From Raillietiella orientalis (lineage: Eukaryota), in NCBI GenBank assembly GCA_036172245.1, contig JAYWIR010000029.1, forward strand, positions 1,550,001 through 1,614,000: a stretch of DNA of 64,000 nt, read 5' to 3'. Below are positions 39,741 through 53,285 of the stretch, piece after piece (position 1 is the first letter of the stretch; each line of letters starts with the position of its first letter). Both the position numbers and the translations under genes were made by a program. The notes below the pieces were generated by a model. It had not been told where the DNA came from, made no database searches, and worked only from the letters and a program-made list of their open reading frames with translations.

Positions 39741-40333
39741 GCATGCTAATAGTATTTTCTGTTCTAAATATACTTTGTAAATTTAATGCTAGAATATATA
39801 ATACATGAAACATCGTTATTGTTTGCTAAAAAGCAAAATAATTGCATAGAACAGCAAGTTTTTTTAAACTTCTACTATGAAAACGATATTGAATTTTCAG
39901 AATGATAGATACATCATGGAAACATTTTTTCCAAATTTCATTACTGCCTCCATAAAACTGTTGTGAAGAAATAACCAGTTATTTGCTCTGGCTCATTCCA
40001 TTATCATATTCTATTACTATTCTGTGTCCTCATGAATGCCATAAATTTAGTTTCTGCGCAACAGGCATTAAGAACTTTGCAAATAAATTTACTTATAAAT
40101 GCAATTCATTATTTTGGTGATGCAGTCGTGTAAGATGAGCAATAAAGTGATTGTTTCATAATTATCATGTTTCTTAACATAAGTGCTCGAAATAGCTACC
40201 ATCTCAATGCCAACTGCAGCTCTCACAAACAAAATACAAAACAGACAACACGCGTACTCTAACGTAAAAAGTGTTTCAATACGCACACACACTAACAACG
40301 TGCTTATGGATGAAGTCACACTAAACAAATCAG

Positions 40334-40341
40334 TGACGTCA
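40334..40341. promoter_or_regulatory. Perfect palindromic CRE (TGACGTCA) upstream of CNEP1R1
   Basis: Exact motif ~600 nt upstream of the CNEP1R1 ATG, in a small patch where CpGs reappear. Confidence 0.35.
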
Positions 40342-42939
40342 GACCGAGGTTGATCACATGCTCTATACGTTAAGAAGGTAAAATGCAATGTATGAAATCT
40401 TGTGTTTACGTATTATTATCGAGGAGAATGATGATTATTACAGTAAAACCCTTGAAAGCTGATAACAAATCATTAACAACAACACTAAAAAAAACTAACA
40501 TTTTCGAACATCCTCTTGAGAAATTTCTGTTTATCGAACAATAGGATGAATTAAGAAAGAAAAAAAACAAAAAGGAAAAGAAAAGAAATTGATTTTAAAA
40601 AAATAAACACGTTTTCTTATTATATCATCTGCATAGTATTTCATTCTCGTTTATGAGTGGTTTCACTCTAAGATTTTTCATGAATTCTACTTGACTGAAG
40701 AAGCAGCTAATAATTAGTAAGCTTTAATATCTAAATAAGTTTCAAATGTTTCTAAGGAAAAAAAATTTGGAAAACCTTATCCTAATTTCATAATAGAATT
40801 GCAAAACATGAAGTGTATAAAAGGCTAAAGAAAAAATGAATTTAGATTGCTCATAACTTTATAGGCATGTAAGAGTTGGGAAATTTAGAGCACACTCTTA
40901 AAATACGTGAAAGTATGAAAATATTTTGCGAATTTTTACATTCTATCACACCATGAGTACGTTCTTTTGAATGCGTTTTCTTTTAATGCAAGTACAAAAA
41001 TGAAGATGTTCTTAGTATTCGTCTCAGTATGTGATTTCATTTCATGTATATTCAACAAGAAGAAAAATACTGCTTTTCGGGAAGAATAGGAACTCAGGAG
41101 GGACAAAATTAGAACTCCGAAAACTTTCAGCGTGGAAGTTTGCTTTTAATTCACATTATTTATGGGCCATCTTGGAACTTCTATCTGGTTCTCAAATCGA
41201 GTATCTCGCTCAGAAGAAAATAAAATCAGTTTCCTGGTTGTTTCAACTTTTGGAAAGAACCTTTAATAATTGGCAATGCAGGACCAAAACAATACAGTTG
41301 CGACTTTTTTCCACATTGGAAAAACGCAACTGTATAGTTTGACTTCATACTGAAGAATCTCGGTAAATAGTAGGAACTGTTCCAAGGAAAAATTTAAAAT
41401 TGTCAAAATTAGTAATTAACTTCCGGAAAAGCATTTAATGGAATAGAGGAACTTTGAATATTTCCATGAAATCCATCTTTGTTGACCTCTGTGTAACTGA
41501 AAATGAGAAAGATATTTTTAGTGATAAGACATTAGCAAAATTCTTCGGTAATAGATTTGGTAATCCAGGTAGTTGAACTATTCAATTCATTTCTGTACAT
41601 AAAGATATTTAACGTTCCATTTACAATTGCTTGGGTGTGAAAATCGGATCCAATGAGCTGCGAAGAATTTTCTGTTTGTTGAAAAGTCATATCTCATTCA
41701 AGCAAATTAAAAAGAGTTTTTTTCATAGCAAGCGAAGTCCTGCAAGAATGCTTTCAGAAAATGCCGGACGGAAGTCCTGCACTTGGAATGGAACGGAAAA
41801 TTGTTCTCGGATAACGACTTCCAATGAAATGCAGTTTTTGTTTTATTTTTTCGATATTAATTATTGTTAGGAAAAAGAGGGGATATCCATGTTCAAAAGA
41901 AAATCCGCCTTTCCGGCACCTCGACAGCTTACAATTTATGGTACTGAAAGTCTTAGAGTTAATGCTTGCAGGTTTAAGCAATGTTGGAACATGGCGAGGA
42001 TTAACAGGGAACTCTGAAACTTGGTGCCTTTAATGGAGCAATTAAATAACATCCACATGCAGATGCAGAGCGACTGAAAAGTTCGGAGATCGGTTGTTAA
42101 ACTCGCAGGCGAAGTGTGGTTTGCAGATCTTTTGAATGATAACCATTTGTCAAGGATACCGTAAAATCAGAAGGATGATCAAGGCAAAATTCACTTTTCA
42201 GATCAAATTTCAGAGGCTATAAAAAGTCCAGACATTTGTGCAAATCTCAGTTTCTTAGCAAGTGTTCGTAGGTCCAAGTCATGGTTACTCCTAGATTTGA
42301 GAAAAATGCAAGAAATCGTAGCACTAAATAAAAGGGGTTGGAAGGCTCACGCACACACACAATTCTATCCTTCTCTTTTTAAAGTATCAGTGCACTGTCT
42401 TGAGTGTTGCTTTTTTTCGAGTAATTGAGGGCATAAAAAAATAGTTCGGCGAGACTGTACTCATTTCATTGAATCCATCTTTCTAAATGTGTATTTTGAA
42501 CAAAAAAGCTCTTTGTAGCTAGGGAAGAAGCTCCCCTTTCTTTATTTCCAGTTTTGTCATCCATAAAAGCTCTCGCACCTTCACGATCACTTCCGTGGTC
42601 TCACTGTGACTGTGAGTAGCAACTCTCAGTACATCTTGAATCAACATGTAATGAATTTGGAAGGTAACTTTCTCAATGTAAAATTCAAAGGGGAAAAGCG
42701 TTAGTCAATTCTTTGCCGCATTTTGCTCACGACACATGGAAACGTGTCGAAAGATGCAAGTTGTGAAGGAGCAATGAGGTTCTGTGAAAATAAAGTATTA
42801 CCGGTGAGACGAAAACTTTTTGGGATCCCGAAAGCTATCAAATCACGGTTTATACCAAATGACAGCAGATCACCGACACTATCAGTCACGATGTACCTAA
42901 ATCCACATAAATAAGCAGTGCGAAGTTTCTAGAAATACT

Positions 42940-42978
42940 TTCGAAGCAGTTTTCCTAGGATAGGAAAACTGCTTCGAA
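42940..42978. repeat. Perfect 18-bp inverted repeat with a 3-nt loop
   Basis: TTCGAAGCAGTTTTCCTA-GGA-TAGGAAAACTGCTTCGAA. Confidence 0.92.
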
Positions 42979-45900
42979 TAGGATAGGATTTTAAAAGGGT
43001 AACCATGCCATCGTTTCCAGCGAAATGCTGCATGTGCTGCGAAATTCGCGCTCGCGAAAGGAAGCACAAACCTTATGTTGTTGTATAGACGTTTCAGGAT
43101 GTGTACACACTCGACATCGCTTCAACGACAAGGTTGTTCAGTTATGCCGCCTAAGCAGAGGGCATCCCTGAATGCCAGAGCATTCAATGCAAGTGGAAAC
43201 ACGTGAACACGAAATACAGATGCAGGATGCTTCTCCTGATTAATTCCGGATGCCAGGAGGGATCGCGCCAGTTTCGCATTATCTGGGATGCCCGTCTGGA
43301 TCTTCCTAAACTGACCCCTATTCCAGCCGCGCTGTTTTGATTATGGAGCTCATTTCTAATCAATACTGTAGCCAATTACCTGAACTGATAAGACATTAAC
43401 CGACATTATCAGGAACGTGTCAAACAGTCGTAAAGAAACGTACTCAATGTACTGTATTGCTCAAGCTCGGCTGCGTTCTCGCTCCTGTATCAATCAAAAT
43501 TTCTTGTCAACTTTGCTTATATCTTACGGGATCCCATCTAAATTGATTATCCGGTCCTGTTACTCACAGCAGGCATTGTCATAGTAACGTGTTTGTACTC
43601 AAAGCGATGAATTGCTCGGAGGCTCTTCGCACATCATCTGACAAATTAGATAGGGAAGGTTTTTGACTGACTGAAGAGGGAAAAGGCGAATAGGTAAGAA
43701 ACTGTTTTCTTTTTGATTGCAAAATGCCAGATTTCTACTGCATGTTTTCGATGACCATCTGTTGATGGAGAGGGCGGAGAGCTTACTTCGCTGTTAAGAA
43801 AGTTGCCTTTTCCTAATTTTTGAAATGCACTGCTCCCTTATGAATTGCTTTTGTAAAAACCTTAGCTTTTGGAAAGACATTTTTTGGAGATGCAATCCCG
43901 TCTACTGAACGGGAAAGGAATTAAGCTATTTTCTGGATGCGGTTCGAAGATGCATTTTGAGATTTCACTGATATCCACTTAGAAAATCAAGTTGTTCTTT
44001 ACTCTACCCAGAAGCTGCTTTCGCAATGCATCTCCTCTCTCTCTCTGTCTGTCTTTTTTTCTTTTTTTATTATTATGTTTACCAAAATTTGAAAGTTCGC
44101 GCTGTACAGTGGTTATAAATTGTGGGCACCAAAGAGTTTATTGGCAACACACGTGATGTTTTAAGCATCCTTTCGTTTTCCATTGCCACTTTAAATCCAA
44201 AATACTTTTCTAAGACGAGTCTAGTGGTGAGGCGAGGCGTCACAAATGTATGAAGAAAGTAATGATAGCCATCAATAAACCGATGCAAAATAACTTTCTG
44301 CCTGATGCATTTCGGAAAGGAATGTGGTTCGAATACGAATGCGAAATGCTACCATGTAGAGTAAATCCCTAGTTACCTTGTGGGACGAATACTGGGGGTG
44401 TTCCTGGGGATATCTCCATCTTAAACTGAAGCTAAATTTCGGAGTTTATTCTTTTGAAGTTGCCTTGCTCAAGCACAAATTTATGCAACATCTTTGCTCT
44501 TCGGTACTCCTTCTTGATTCTCCTTACCATTTCTGGAAATAGTTTCTCATCGGCAGCGTTTTGATTTCGTTCAATTAACTATCGAGGATATGGACAAAAG
44601 GAACACAAGAGCACTAGAAATGCTATCAGAATTCCCAGAATGCAACGGTTCCAATGTAACTGACCGGTCTGTGGTTTCCTGCTGCACCTACATCACCAGC
44701 AAGTTATTTTAGCAAAAGCATGCAAAAAAGTAATGATGCTGACCTTAATCCAAGTAGATGCTATGGACACTATGAACTTCGTTATATGCTCCTAAAATAA
44801 AATTAAAATTCATCTTCTGGATCGGACCTTTAAAAACCAGTTGCATGCGGAACGGTTGCTCCCTGACAGATACAAAAATCCTCGGAAGCATCGCAACCGT
44901 TTCGTGGTAACTCTTCCGGAAGTTTCTTAATAGCTAAACCTCACGCAATCCAAATGAGCGAAAAATTCGCGATTTAAGGATCTGAGAAACGAAGACGTTT
45001 AAAGGAAGGTCTCTGAAGTCTAGAGCTGATTGCTTCAGTCAATTTACATTCAAGTTCCTAGTAGGCTACTCAGAGCATGCAGATAATTAAGAAATTTCGT
45101 GAAAGTTCATCACAGGAGCATCCAAATTCCGCGTAGGGCAAGAACATGCTGTTTGGTGCAATGCAGAAGACTTTGTTCGAGTTCAGCTTACGTTTCCTCT
45201 GCAGCATACGTGTGGAGATGGGAAAGAATGTCTGTAATTATTGTTACGAGCATAGCAATAACGCCAAGTGACAACGAAAAAAGCAGTTATGACATCATGA
45301 AGATTCCTGTGAACAAGTGATTCTAGGAACCCCTCCTCTCCCCCCGGGGGTTCCCATATAAAAAAAAAAAACACAGAACAAACACAATGATTCAGTTGTC
45401 TCTCGTGAAGGCCTTGAAAAGAGTTCCTACCCCTTTCTCCGTGTTTTTTCGGAGAGAGAATAATTAATTGAATCGAATAATTAATGAAAATGAGTCTTGA
45501 CCGAGGAACCTTTCGTCCTTTTCGTCTGCGGCAAATGTTTATTTTTCCTTCTTATGCCTTGGTAGTAAACTGTTTCCCGCGTTTGACAGCTCAACAGTTT
45601 TATATTCTCCGTGGAACTACTGCGATTTATTTAATAGGATTAAAGAGTTTGTGGTAAAAATGATTTTGTGATGGTAGAGGATAATTCCTCCATATTGCTG
45701 TGATGTATGAGTATCAGGGAACCGATGTTATTTAATGGATTTTATTTTGTTATGAGGAAGGATGGTTATGACGGTAATGGATCGATTTAGAGTTAGTTCA
45801 CTAGTGAAAGTTGATGTTGGGTACCGAAGGAGTATTTCTTGTTAGAGGTATAAAGTATATACAAAAAAAAGAATATCTCGCTAGATTTTAAATTTAGAGG

Positions 45901-48900
45901 CTTATCTTTCACGATATCTGTTTTAGTGATCTTTTAATGGTTGAATGTATCATGTTCCTTGGTGTTCTAACCATCGAGCACAAGGTCAAATGAGACTGAG
46001 CAGTATGAATTATAGTCAGCTGGACTACAATTTATTGTACGAAAAAAGGTGTTGGCAGAATAAGACAGAGGATAAAAATTATTGAAGAAGGAACTGGACT
46101 ATGAACTGATCTCCGAGCGAAAAAAATGAAATGATAGCCATGGTAGAGACCTCACCTTTCAGGAAAAGCGTTTCCATGAAAACGAAACAAGGCAACCAAC
46201 TCAAAGTTGGGCATAGACTGAAAACCTGATGCACAAAAATCTCTGGGAAGTGTGGCAGTTAAGGCAAGTTGAAACTCTGTCTTATAAGATCCGTAATGAA
46301 GAGACGAAGCACAGCTAATCGAGCTCTTTGGGGAAAATCACAACCGTAATCTTTAAAGACAGGAAAAATTTTTCCTCCATGAAAATGAAAAGTACTGAAA
46401 GCCAACTTGGAAGCAGAGGATGTCTCTCTTTGATTCAACAACCTCTGCGTGTCTCACAGAGAGAATCGAGATGTGAAAGACCAGTTGTCAAAAACAACAA
46501 ATGCTTCTATACCGTAGACTTAAAGCAGGATTCGATGACAGTTTCCATCGCCAAGGAAGAAAAACCCGCCAAACTAATTGCGCTCAAGCTGACCGTGCTG
46601 GCACAAATAAGAACTCTGGAAGTTTCCATCGATGATGGTGGAAGAATTTAAGGGAAGATCATCTGGACAAAGCAGGTATTAAAAATAAAAGATCTGAATC
46701 AGCTGAAGGTACAATGCAAGTCTTCATAATAGCAAACGGATCGAAAGGAAGCGGAGTATCCAAGTGCCTGAAACCACAGCAACACTTTCGGAAGACATAA
46801 AATCACGAAATCGGAATCGAATTAACCTTCGCTGTTCTCAAAGGAGTTATCGGAGATGCAGAATCGTCGGCTGTTATCTGAAAGAAATCCAGTAGCTGCA
46901 TCGTCTTGCCAGAGTTTTCTTTGATACAATCTGCATCTTCTCGTGGCATGAGGAACTACCTCAACTGAAGAGCCATTTCAGCTTATCTTTCCCGCTTGTA
47001 GTATTGGAAACGCAGTTTTCATTTTCTAAGAATGCCACAGGGAGACCGACCAGGGTTTACCAAAGATTTGTTGATCACTTAATTGCACGGCATTGATCTC
47101 CAGTTTTTTCAGCTATGGAGTCAATACAGATTTCAGCTGAAACTAATATTCCTTTCCGTGCTGCATCTTGAGCAGCATGGAAAGGAATCTGTAGCCACAT
47201 CTCGATGGAAAATTGAGCACCAAATGCTTTGGGCCCCAATAAGGACTTCTTGTGGATGACCCCATTTCTTTTACATCCACCTGTTTTCGTTTCTTAGGGT
47301 TACTCTCGATTCCCGAAAAGAAGCCTTGAAATCTCGTGGTAAACAGAATATTTTATGAGGAGCGGATACGTGGTTATTCGACCTCGATTTGGGATGAAAG
47401 AGCACAGGAAGTCACGCTACGGCGACTCTTTCAGTCCATACATCTCTTGCTGTTTGGTTCCCGAATCGTTTTTCTCTTTCTTTGCAGACCTAACCCTTTA
47501 TATATCCATTATACATCCGTAGCGGCAACAGATTAACGAGGAGCTAGGACATGCTGTGGTACATTATTTGCACGACTGTTCTTAGCAGTTCAGCCTCCGA
47601 GGTAAAATCTTTCACTCATTGTGTGTGCTTTTTTTTCTTCCAGACCCTTTTGTTCTTTGCTTAGTTTTGTTATTTGTTCCATGACTCAGCATCTTAGATA
47701 TGAAACAGAAAATATGCTTTGATTTTCCCCCTCCCCCCTCCAAAGCCAAAAAGTCTCGTTAGCTGGAATCAGGGAGAAATCGAACCATGCGTTCCCGCAG
47801 CACGAAATCACATGGAAGCAATCGGAGGATTCAGTCTTCCAGGTCAAACCACCAAGGCATCCCAGTGCATGAGTGACGCTTCCTGTTCAGAAAACAGAAA
47901 GTCAAGTGACCGACATCAGAAATTCCCCTGTGAGGAGTATTTGAGAGCTACCTCCTCAAGAAGATGCATCAACACCATCCATCATTGAGAATCAAAACTG
48001 ATGGTTCCCATGAAAACAGAAACCGTCATGAATGCCTGGGATTCTCACCAGGCCAGGAAGAACCAGGAATTTTATGAGGACCATGCTATCTAAAAACGTA
48101 GATCATTGCCTCTGCTGTCCTAGAAACGGCATGCAAAGGACAATCTCCTCCTAGGATCCCGACATCTTCAAGTAAAACCATGTCTCTTCCATATGTCCCA
48201 GACAGTATGGAAGAGATGCGCAATGAAGTGAATTTGTGAATGGCTCGGACTGCCATTCTCTAGGAAGTCTCTTCATTAGATCTCTTCCACAGAGGGGTAG
48301 CAGAGGTAGAAGTCACAAAAATGAGGACTCCCAAAACCTTGTAATCAGTGGGGTGTTACTGGAATCAGAAACCTCACCGATTCTCGTTCTTTGCTAAGGA
48401 AGTGGTTGCATGGCTTCTTTTTTTTAAACAAAAAATAAATAAATAAAAGCGTCTAAGTCGTATCTAGGAGACACTAGAAGGTCATCTGGAAAACTCAGCA
48501 TCTTCCTTCGTGTTTCTTGTTGCTTTCGAGATGGCAAAAGGCAGCTGTTTCTTATACTTGTTAAGGTGTTGTCCAAATGACTCATTAGATATTCCTCGTG
48601 CTGCCCCTAGCAAATGGTTTTTCATTTCCTCATAACCCTTTTCTCAATGACCAAAGTGATCGTGATGCAGTGGTCATGCGATACAATAGTGTTCTCTAAT
48701 AAAAAACACCCAAATAACATACTCAGCTGCCCAGAAAGACTCAAGGAGAGTTACTCCACTGTCTGACCTGGATGTATCGAAGAACAGAGAAACTTTCTGG
48801 AAGGCGCTATCCAACGATCTTTCCTCAACCATGGGATCACCCGAATCACTTTCGGGCGCATTTAATACACACGTCCATCTGGCGAGTCACCTTCCATCAA

Positions 48901-49897
48901 GAAGTCACATGAATAGCGATCTAATGCTTTGCCTTTGACATTACTTTTTGTTCTCCAAGATGGTAGCTCGACGTGGGTGCAAGCTGCTGCAGTTTGGAAT
49001 CAACTGTCCACCGAGATAGCTGACTAGTGATCTGGAAGAATGGAACGCATTTTTGGAAATCGGAAGCAATTATTCGATTTTGCATACCTTTTTCATCTTC
49101 TTGAGAAGTCATAATACAGAGTGCATCTCCTTGCTGCAAACTCCACCAACTGTATCAGGATGCTACAACGAGCCGCCTGTTCCATCAATATCGAGATCTA
49201 CATCTTTGCCGTGTCGTGGATGTTGTGAAGGTGAGCCGTCAAGGGATCCTGCGAAGAGAAGCTCTCTAACATGGACGAGGGATTGGGACGCCTATCTTTC
49301 GCGAAAGGCAAGGAAACAAAGAAGCTTATCATTTCGTTGTTGAAAGAACAAAAGACATATGAAGTGGGGAGGAGGGGCAAGGAGGCGATGCAAATCAGCA
49401 TGGAAGCAGATCGAAGATCGAGGAAGATCCTTATCTTAGTAAAGAGGGAGAACCGAAAGACTCGGGACCCTAAATACTGACTTTCAAGTAAGCACTTTTT
49501 CCCAAGAGACGAAGCCTCGACAGTCCATGTGAGGACGTAGATGGCAAATCCCGATTTCGGTTTGCTCAAGAAGTAGAAACCTGGGCAGATGGGCTCGTGG
49601 GAGGGCAACTCGGTTTGTAAGATCAGTCTCTTAGATTCGAAAGTTCGATAAGGGAGGCAATGTTCGGTTTCCAAAAGAACCGAAGAAAACTCGTTCTTGT
49701 GAATCAATCGCTCTGCTAAAAGACATCTTTGTTGGGGAGAGCTGCTGTGGACCTTGCTTCCATTTTGCCAAAACCAACTTCAAGTGATACCTTGGCTTTC
49801 CTTGAAGATTTTTCGTCTTCAGATATTTTCTGAAACGACTTTCCCGGTGTCTTCTTGCTGTTTCAGAAAAGCTTTAAATTTGCATCTCTGATTTCAG

Positions 49898-51438
49898 GAC
49901 CCTTTACGGAACGAAAGGTCCATGCAGGAGCACAAGGAGCACATGAACTCTCAGAGCGCAAACAATCAAAGTTTTTTTCCAACAGCAAACGGGACTCCTT
50001 GGGCTTCAAGCTTCGGTGTTATACCAAACCAAACCGTTCCCTTTGAGAGAGGCGGCAGCCAACATCTATCGAACAGATCGCAGGATGCAAGGCAGAGGCC
50101 TAAAATTCCACCTGTAATGAAGGAGCATGTTGCAAAACGTCTCAGAGAGAGCTATGCATACTCTCATAGCAGCAGCACCTTCACAGGAGATGGGATTCAG
50201 GAGAAGAATGGGAAGCAGTGCATACAGCAGAAATTCTTTTGCAAACAAGGAAGCCTGACTAAAGATCTGTGCGTCGGATCTTTCAGCGAGGACTTACATT
50301 ACAAGATGGAGGATGGCCACGATGTGTCCTGCCTCTTCTGTTACTCTCGGCGGTTCACAAACGGTTCCATCCCAGGCGATCCTCAGACTCTTGTTGTCAT
50401 GTTAAAAATCATCTACGCGAAGGATTCCATGAACGATAAAGACGGAGTCATCATACGAAGCAGGGCATGCAACAACAGTTGTTCTTCGTGTAGAAGGTCC
50501 ATGATTTGCAGACACGGGGACTTCGGCAGCTCCAAGCAGATGCTGAACCTGACCTTGACAAACACTTTTGTGAACGAGCTGGGAACCTTTGCACTGACTA
50601 TGAACTGCACTTTGTTACACAAGTTTTGTGTTTCTCCTCCTCCTGGATCTGACACGAACAAGCTTCCCAGAGAGAAATGTCATAATGTTGTCGAAGACAT
50701 GGAGTGCCAGCTGCAACCTGCATTCCACATCGCCGGTGGAGCCTGCATTTTTGCAGAAAGGACGGAGTCAGGAACGATGAAGCGGAACGACGAAAATGAT
50801 CACCCTCCTCGGAGCAGACCTCACCAGGCCAATACTGGTGACCAAGAAGCGCAGATGCTGTGTGAGATGGGTTACGTGTGTTGCTTGAGTACGGATCAGT
50901 GCGCACTTGTGCTCGACGAACTCTGGGAATCAACGTCTTCCTTACCTTCTACTCAGCCGAGGGTCACGAATGGAAAAACACAATTCGTCCAGAATCCTCA
51001 CGCGAGTAATTAATGCTGCTTGACAAGTGGTAGTGCTTAATGCAGTTGATATTCCTCAACATGTCTTAGGAAGAATAAGCACAGATCTAGGTGGTCTTCC
51101 TGACGCAACAGAGAGGAGCTATACAATCGGGAAATGCTTCCTGCACATGCGACCAACAACTTACCCATGCATCTACTGTATAAACGAGCAAGTCATGGAA
51201 AATGGGTGAGTACATGATGACGCTTTGATGGCCGCGGCACAGTTAGCCATCAGTTGAGCTGACCGCGCCCGAAACGCTTCCGTTTCGTTAAACATTTGAT
51301 GATTTTTCACTCCGGCCCCAGCTTCGTATCGCTTGTCTCCTCAGGTGGGAAAAGAAGAGACATTTGCTTTTGCCAAAAAATTGCTCTGATTGTCATTCTC
51401 GAAAAAATCTGCTGTTGAGAAAGGAAACGAGTGTGTGA
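49898..51438 (+). CDS. Candidate Cys-rich protein of unknown function, probably 5'-incomplete. Exons 49898-51005, 51046-51205, 51345-51438
   Basis: A 363-codon open frame in moderate-GC DNA, preceded in frame by a TTTCAG acceptor ending at 49897. A 40-nt GT-AG intron (51006-51045) bypasses the stop and joins in frame to the next ORF, which ends at a GTGAGT donor. Several CxxC motifs are present; no family recognised. Confidence 0.6.
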
Positions 51439-51849
51439 ATGCAAACCATCATATACTAGGATGGGTATTCTGAAAGTCAGGAACATATCTAGAAATGTAC
51501 ATACATTCGGAGGGAATCCATGGTATCCAAACCATGTTTGTGTGTGTGTGTGTTTTGTTTCGAAAATATACAGAGTTCTTTCTGGAGGTTTCAAGATAGA
51601 GCTGTCTCGAGTCGGATACGTCATTGAGGTGGCAAATGAATCTGGTTCCTCATGATTTGTTATGGTGATTATCACCCGGTTACACAGGGGCATTTCACTT
51701 TACGGAATAAAAATACATGTTGAAGTAGAACCGTTGGTTCTACCACGCACAATGAACCTGCCGAAGACCGGTACGCAACCCGCAAGGTACTGCGTGCAGC
51801 GTAGGGGAAGGGAAAACAAAACACAAAAAAATAAACAAACAAAACGGAG

Positions 51850-53285
51850 GAGAGGAATTTATACACGGGGAGGGTGAGAATCGAGGAAGGGATCACGGTA
51901 CGCTGCCAGGCTTCCTCTGCATCCTGTTCAGGATGCCGACAAGTTCCGTCCGGATAATGCCTAGGTGGGGACATTTCGAAGCGGTCCTCAGGAAGATCCG
52001 CGCCCAGTGGCGTCCCTGCCATCCTATCCCAGTCCCTTCTTCCCACGTTCCAGGCTGTCACGATTCCGCGGACGCAGCAGTGGACTGCGAGGGACGCGGC
52101 TGGCGGCAGAGCGGCACATGCGAAGAGGCGTTCCCAAATGTCCCGGGGTTCCTAGGGTCGTCTCTAGGAGATCCCATAGGGGTCGGAGGGCAGCACAGTC
52201 CAACAGCAGGTGCGGGAGGGTCTCCTTCTTTTCGCACCTGTTGCACTGAGCATTCACGCTAATCCCTCGTGTCCAGTGGTGAAGGCGCGCTTTGCACGCG
52301 ATTCCCCCATGCAAGACCAGGAGTGCCAACTCCTGCCAATTGAGGGGGAGGGAGCTACTGTTCCAGCACGCTGAAGGTCACTTCGTCTCCTTCGCAGGGA
52401 TGCCGAGGAGCTCTCCCCAGTCTGTGGGGTGGGACACTCGGGGTCGCAGCGTCCGTCACTTCCCGAGTTGTCCACACCTCCAACAGTTTCCTCTTTGCTG
52501 CTGTGTAGCAAGTCACTTCCCACCTTGCCGGGCTTACGCTGTCCCTTGCGTTCCTCAGGGAGGACAGCGCTGGGGCAAGGGGGGTACACGAGGTCCATTG
52601 CATCTTCTGTGGGTTGCGGACGATCTCCACGGTTTGCCCTGGTATCTCTCATTTGTTATGGTGCTGGAAATCTTTCGGATTTTTCTATTTGCGCTGCTGT
52701 TCTTTCAGCTTCTTTCTTTTTTTGTTTTCTTTTCGGTTTTCTTTCTTTTTTTCGGTTTGCTAAGTACTCAAGCACCGTTCAACCAACCCCTCAGGGGCAT
52801 CGAAGCACGGCCTGGCGATGCCCCTACAGGGGTTCGCAAGGCTCTACAAACATTGAAGGGCCACCCCGTGGGTGCGCCCAACCTAGCCAGGGGGAACCCC
52901 AGAAGGGAAGCCACTCCTTGGCTGTCTCCGAAGGGAACCCTCAGCGAACTCCTTATTCACTCTTCTGAAGGGTTTCCCCGAAGGTAGCATGCTTCCCAAC
53001 AATCTGGATAGGAACTACCCCGAGAAAGGGGTCGTCACCATGGCACAAAACTGAGGCTCCTAGAAGGACCCAGGAGGGCCTACTTCCAGTTCCGGCTGGT
53101 CGGCAGGTGCGCTCACAAGCGTCATCCCGTTGTCTCTGAGCCAACCAGTGCCCTGCGGGGGGATTTGAAACCCACGTACTGCACCCATTCTCGGCATCGA
53201 TCCTCTGCGGGCCTTCGCTCCCCCTACGCTCAATGCAGCGCGCGAAAGCTGCGGCCACGCGGTCGCCAACGCGTGTTTTGAACAA
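51850..53285 (-). mobile_element. Non-LTR retrotransposon remnant (L1/Tx1-like): ORF2 C-terminal zf-RVT region joined to a GC-rich head, apparently internally deleted
   Basis: ORF 52024-52329 reads WQELALLVLHGGIACKARLHHW...CNRCEKKETLPHLLLDCAALRPLW, the CxxC...ET..H...C zf-RVT signature. Stops and frameshifts flank it; no RT or endonuclease core is present. Confidence 0.8.

Noticed and set aside
42700..43340. Possible small plus-strand exons (…FNDK|SIQCKWKHV…PAALF*)
   Set aside because: Only two short exons join and there is no homology; too weak to call.
53155..53200. Functional tRNA gene
   Set aside because: Only A/B-box-like motifs with too short a spacing; no anticodon arm or acceptor stem.
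53205..53275. HDV-like ribozyme at the retroelement 5' end (GGCC...GCAGC-loop-GCTGC...GCGAAGGCC on minus)
   Set aside because: P1 and P3 geometry does not fit the canonical fold by eye, and the segment is not shared by the other two copies. An RNArobo or Infernal search would be needed.
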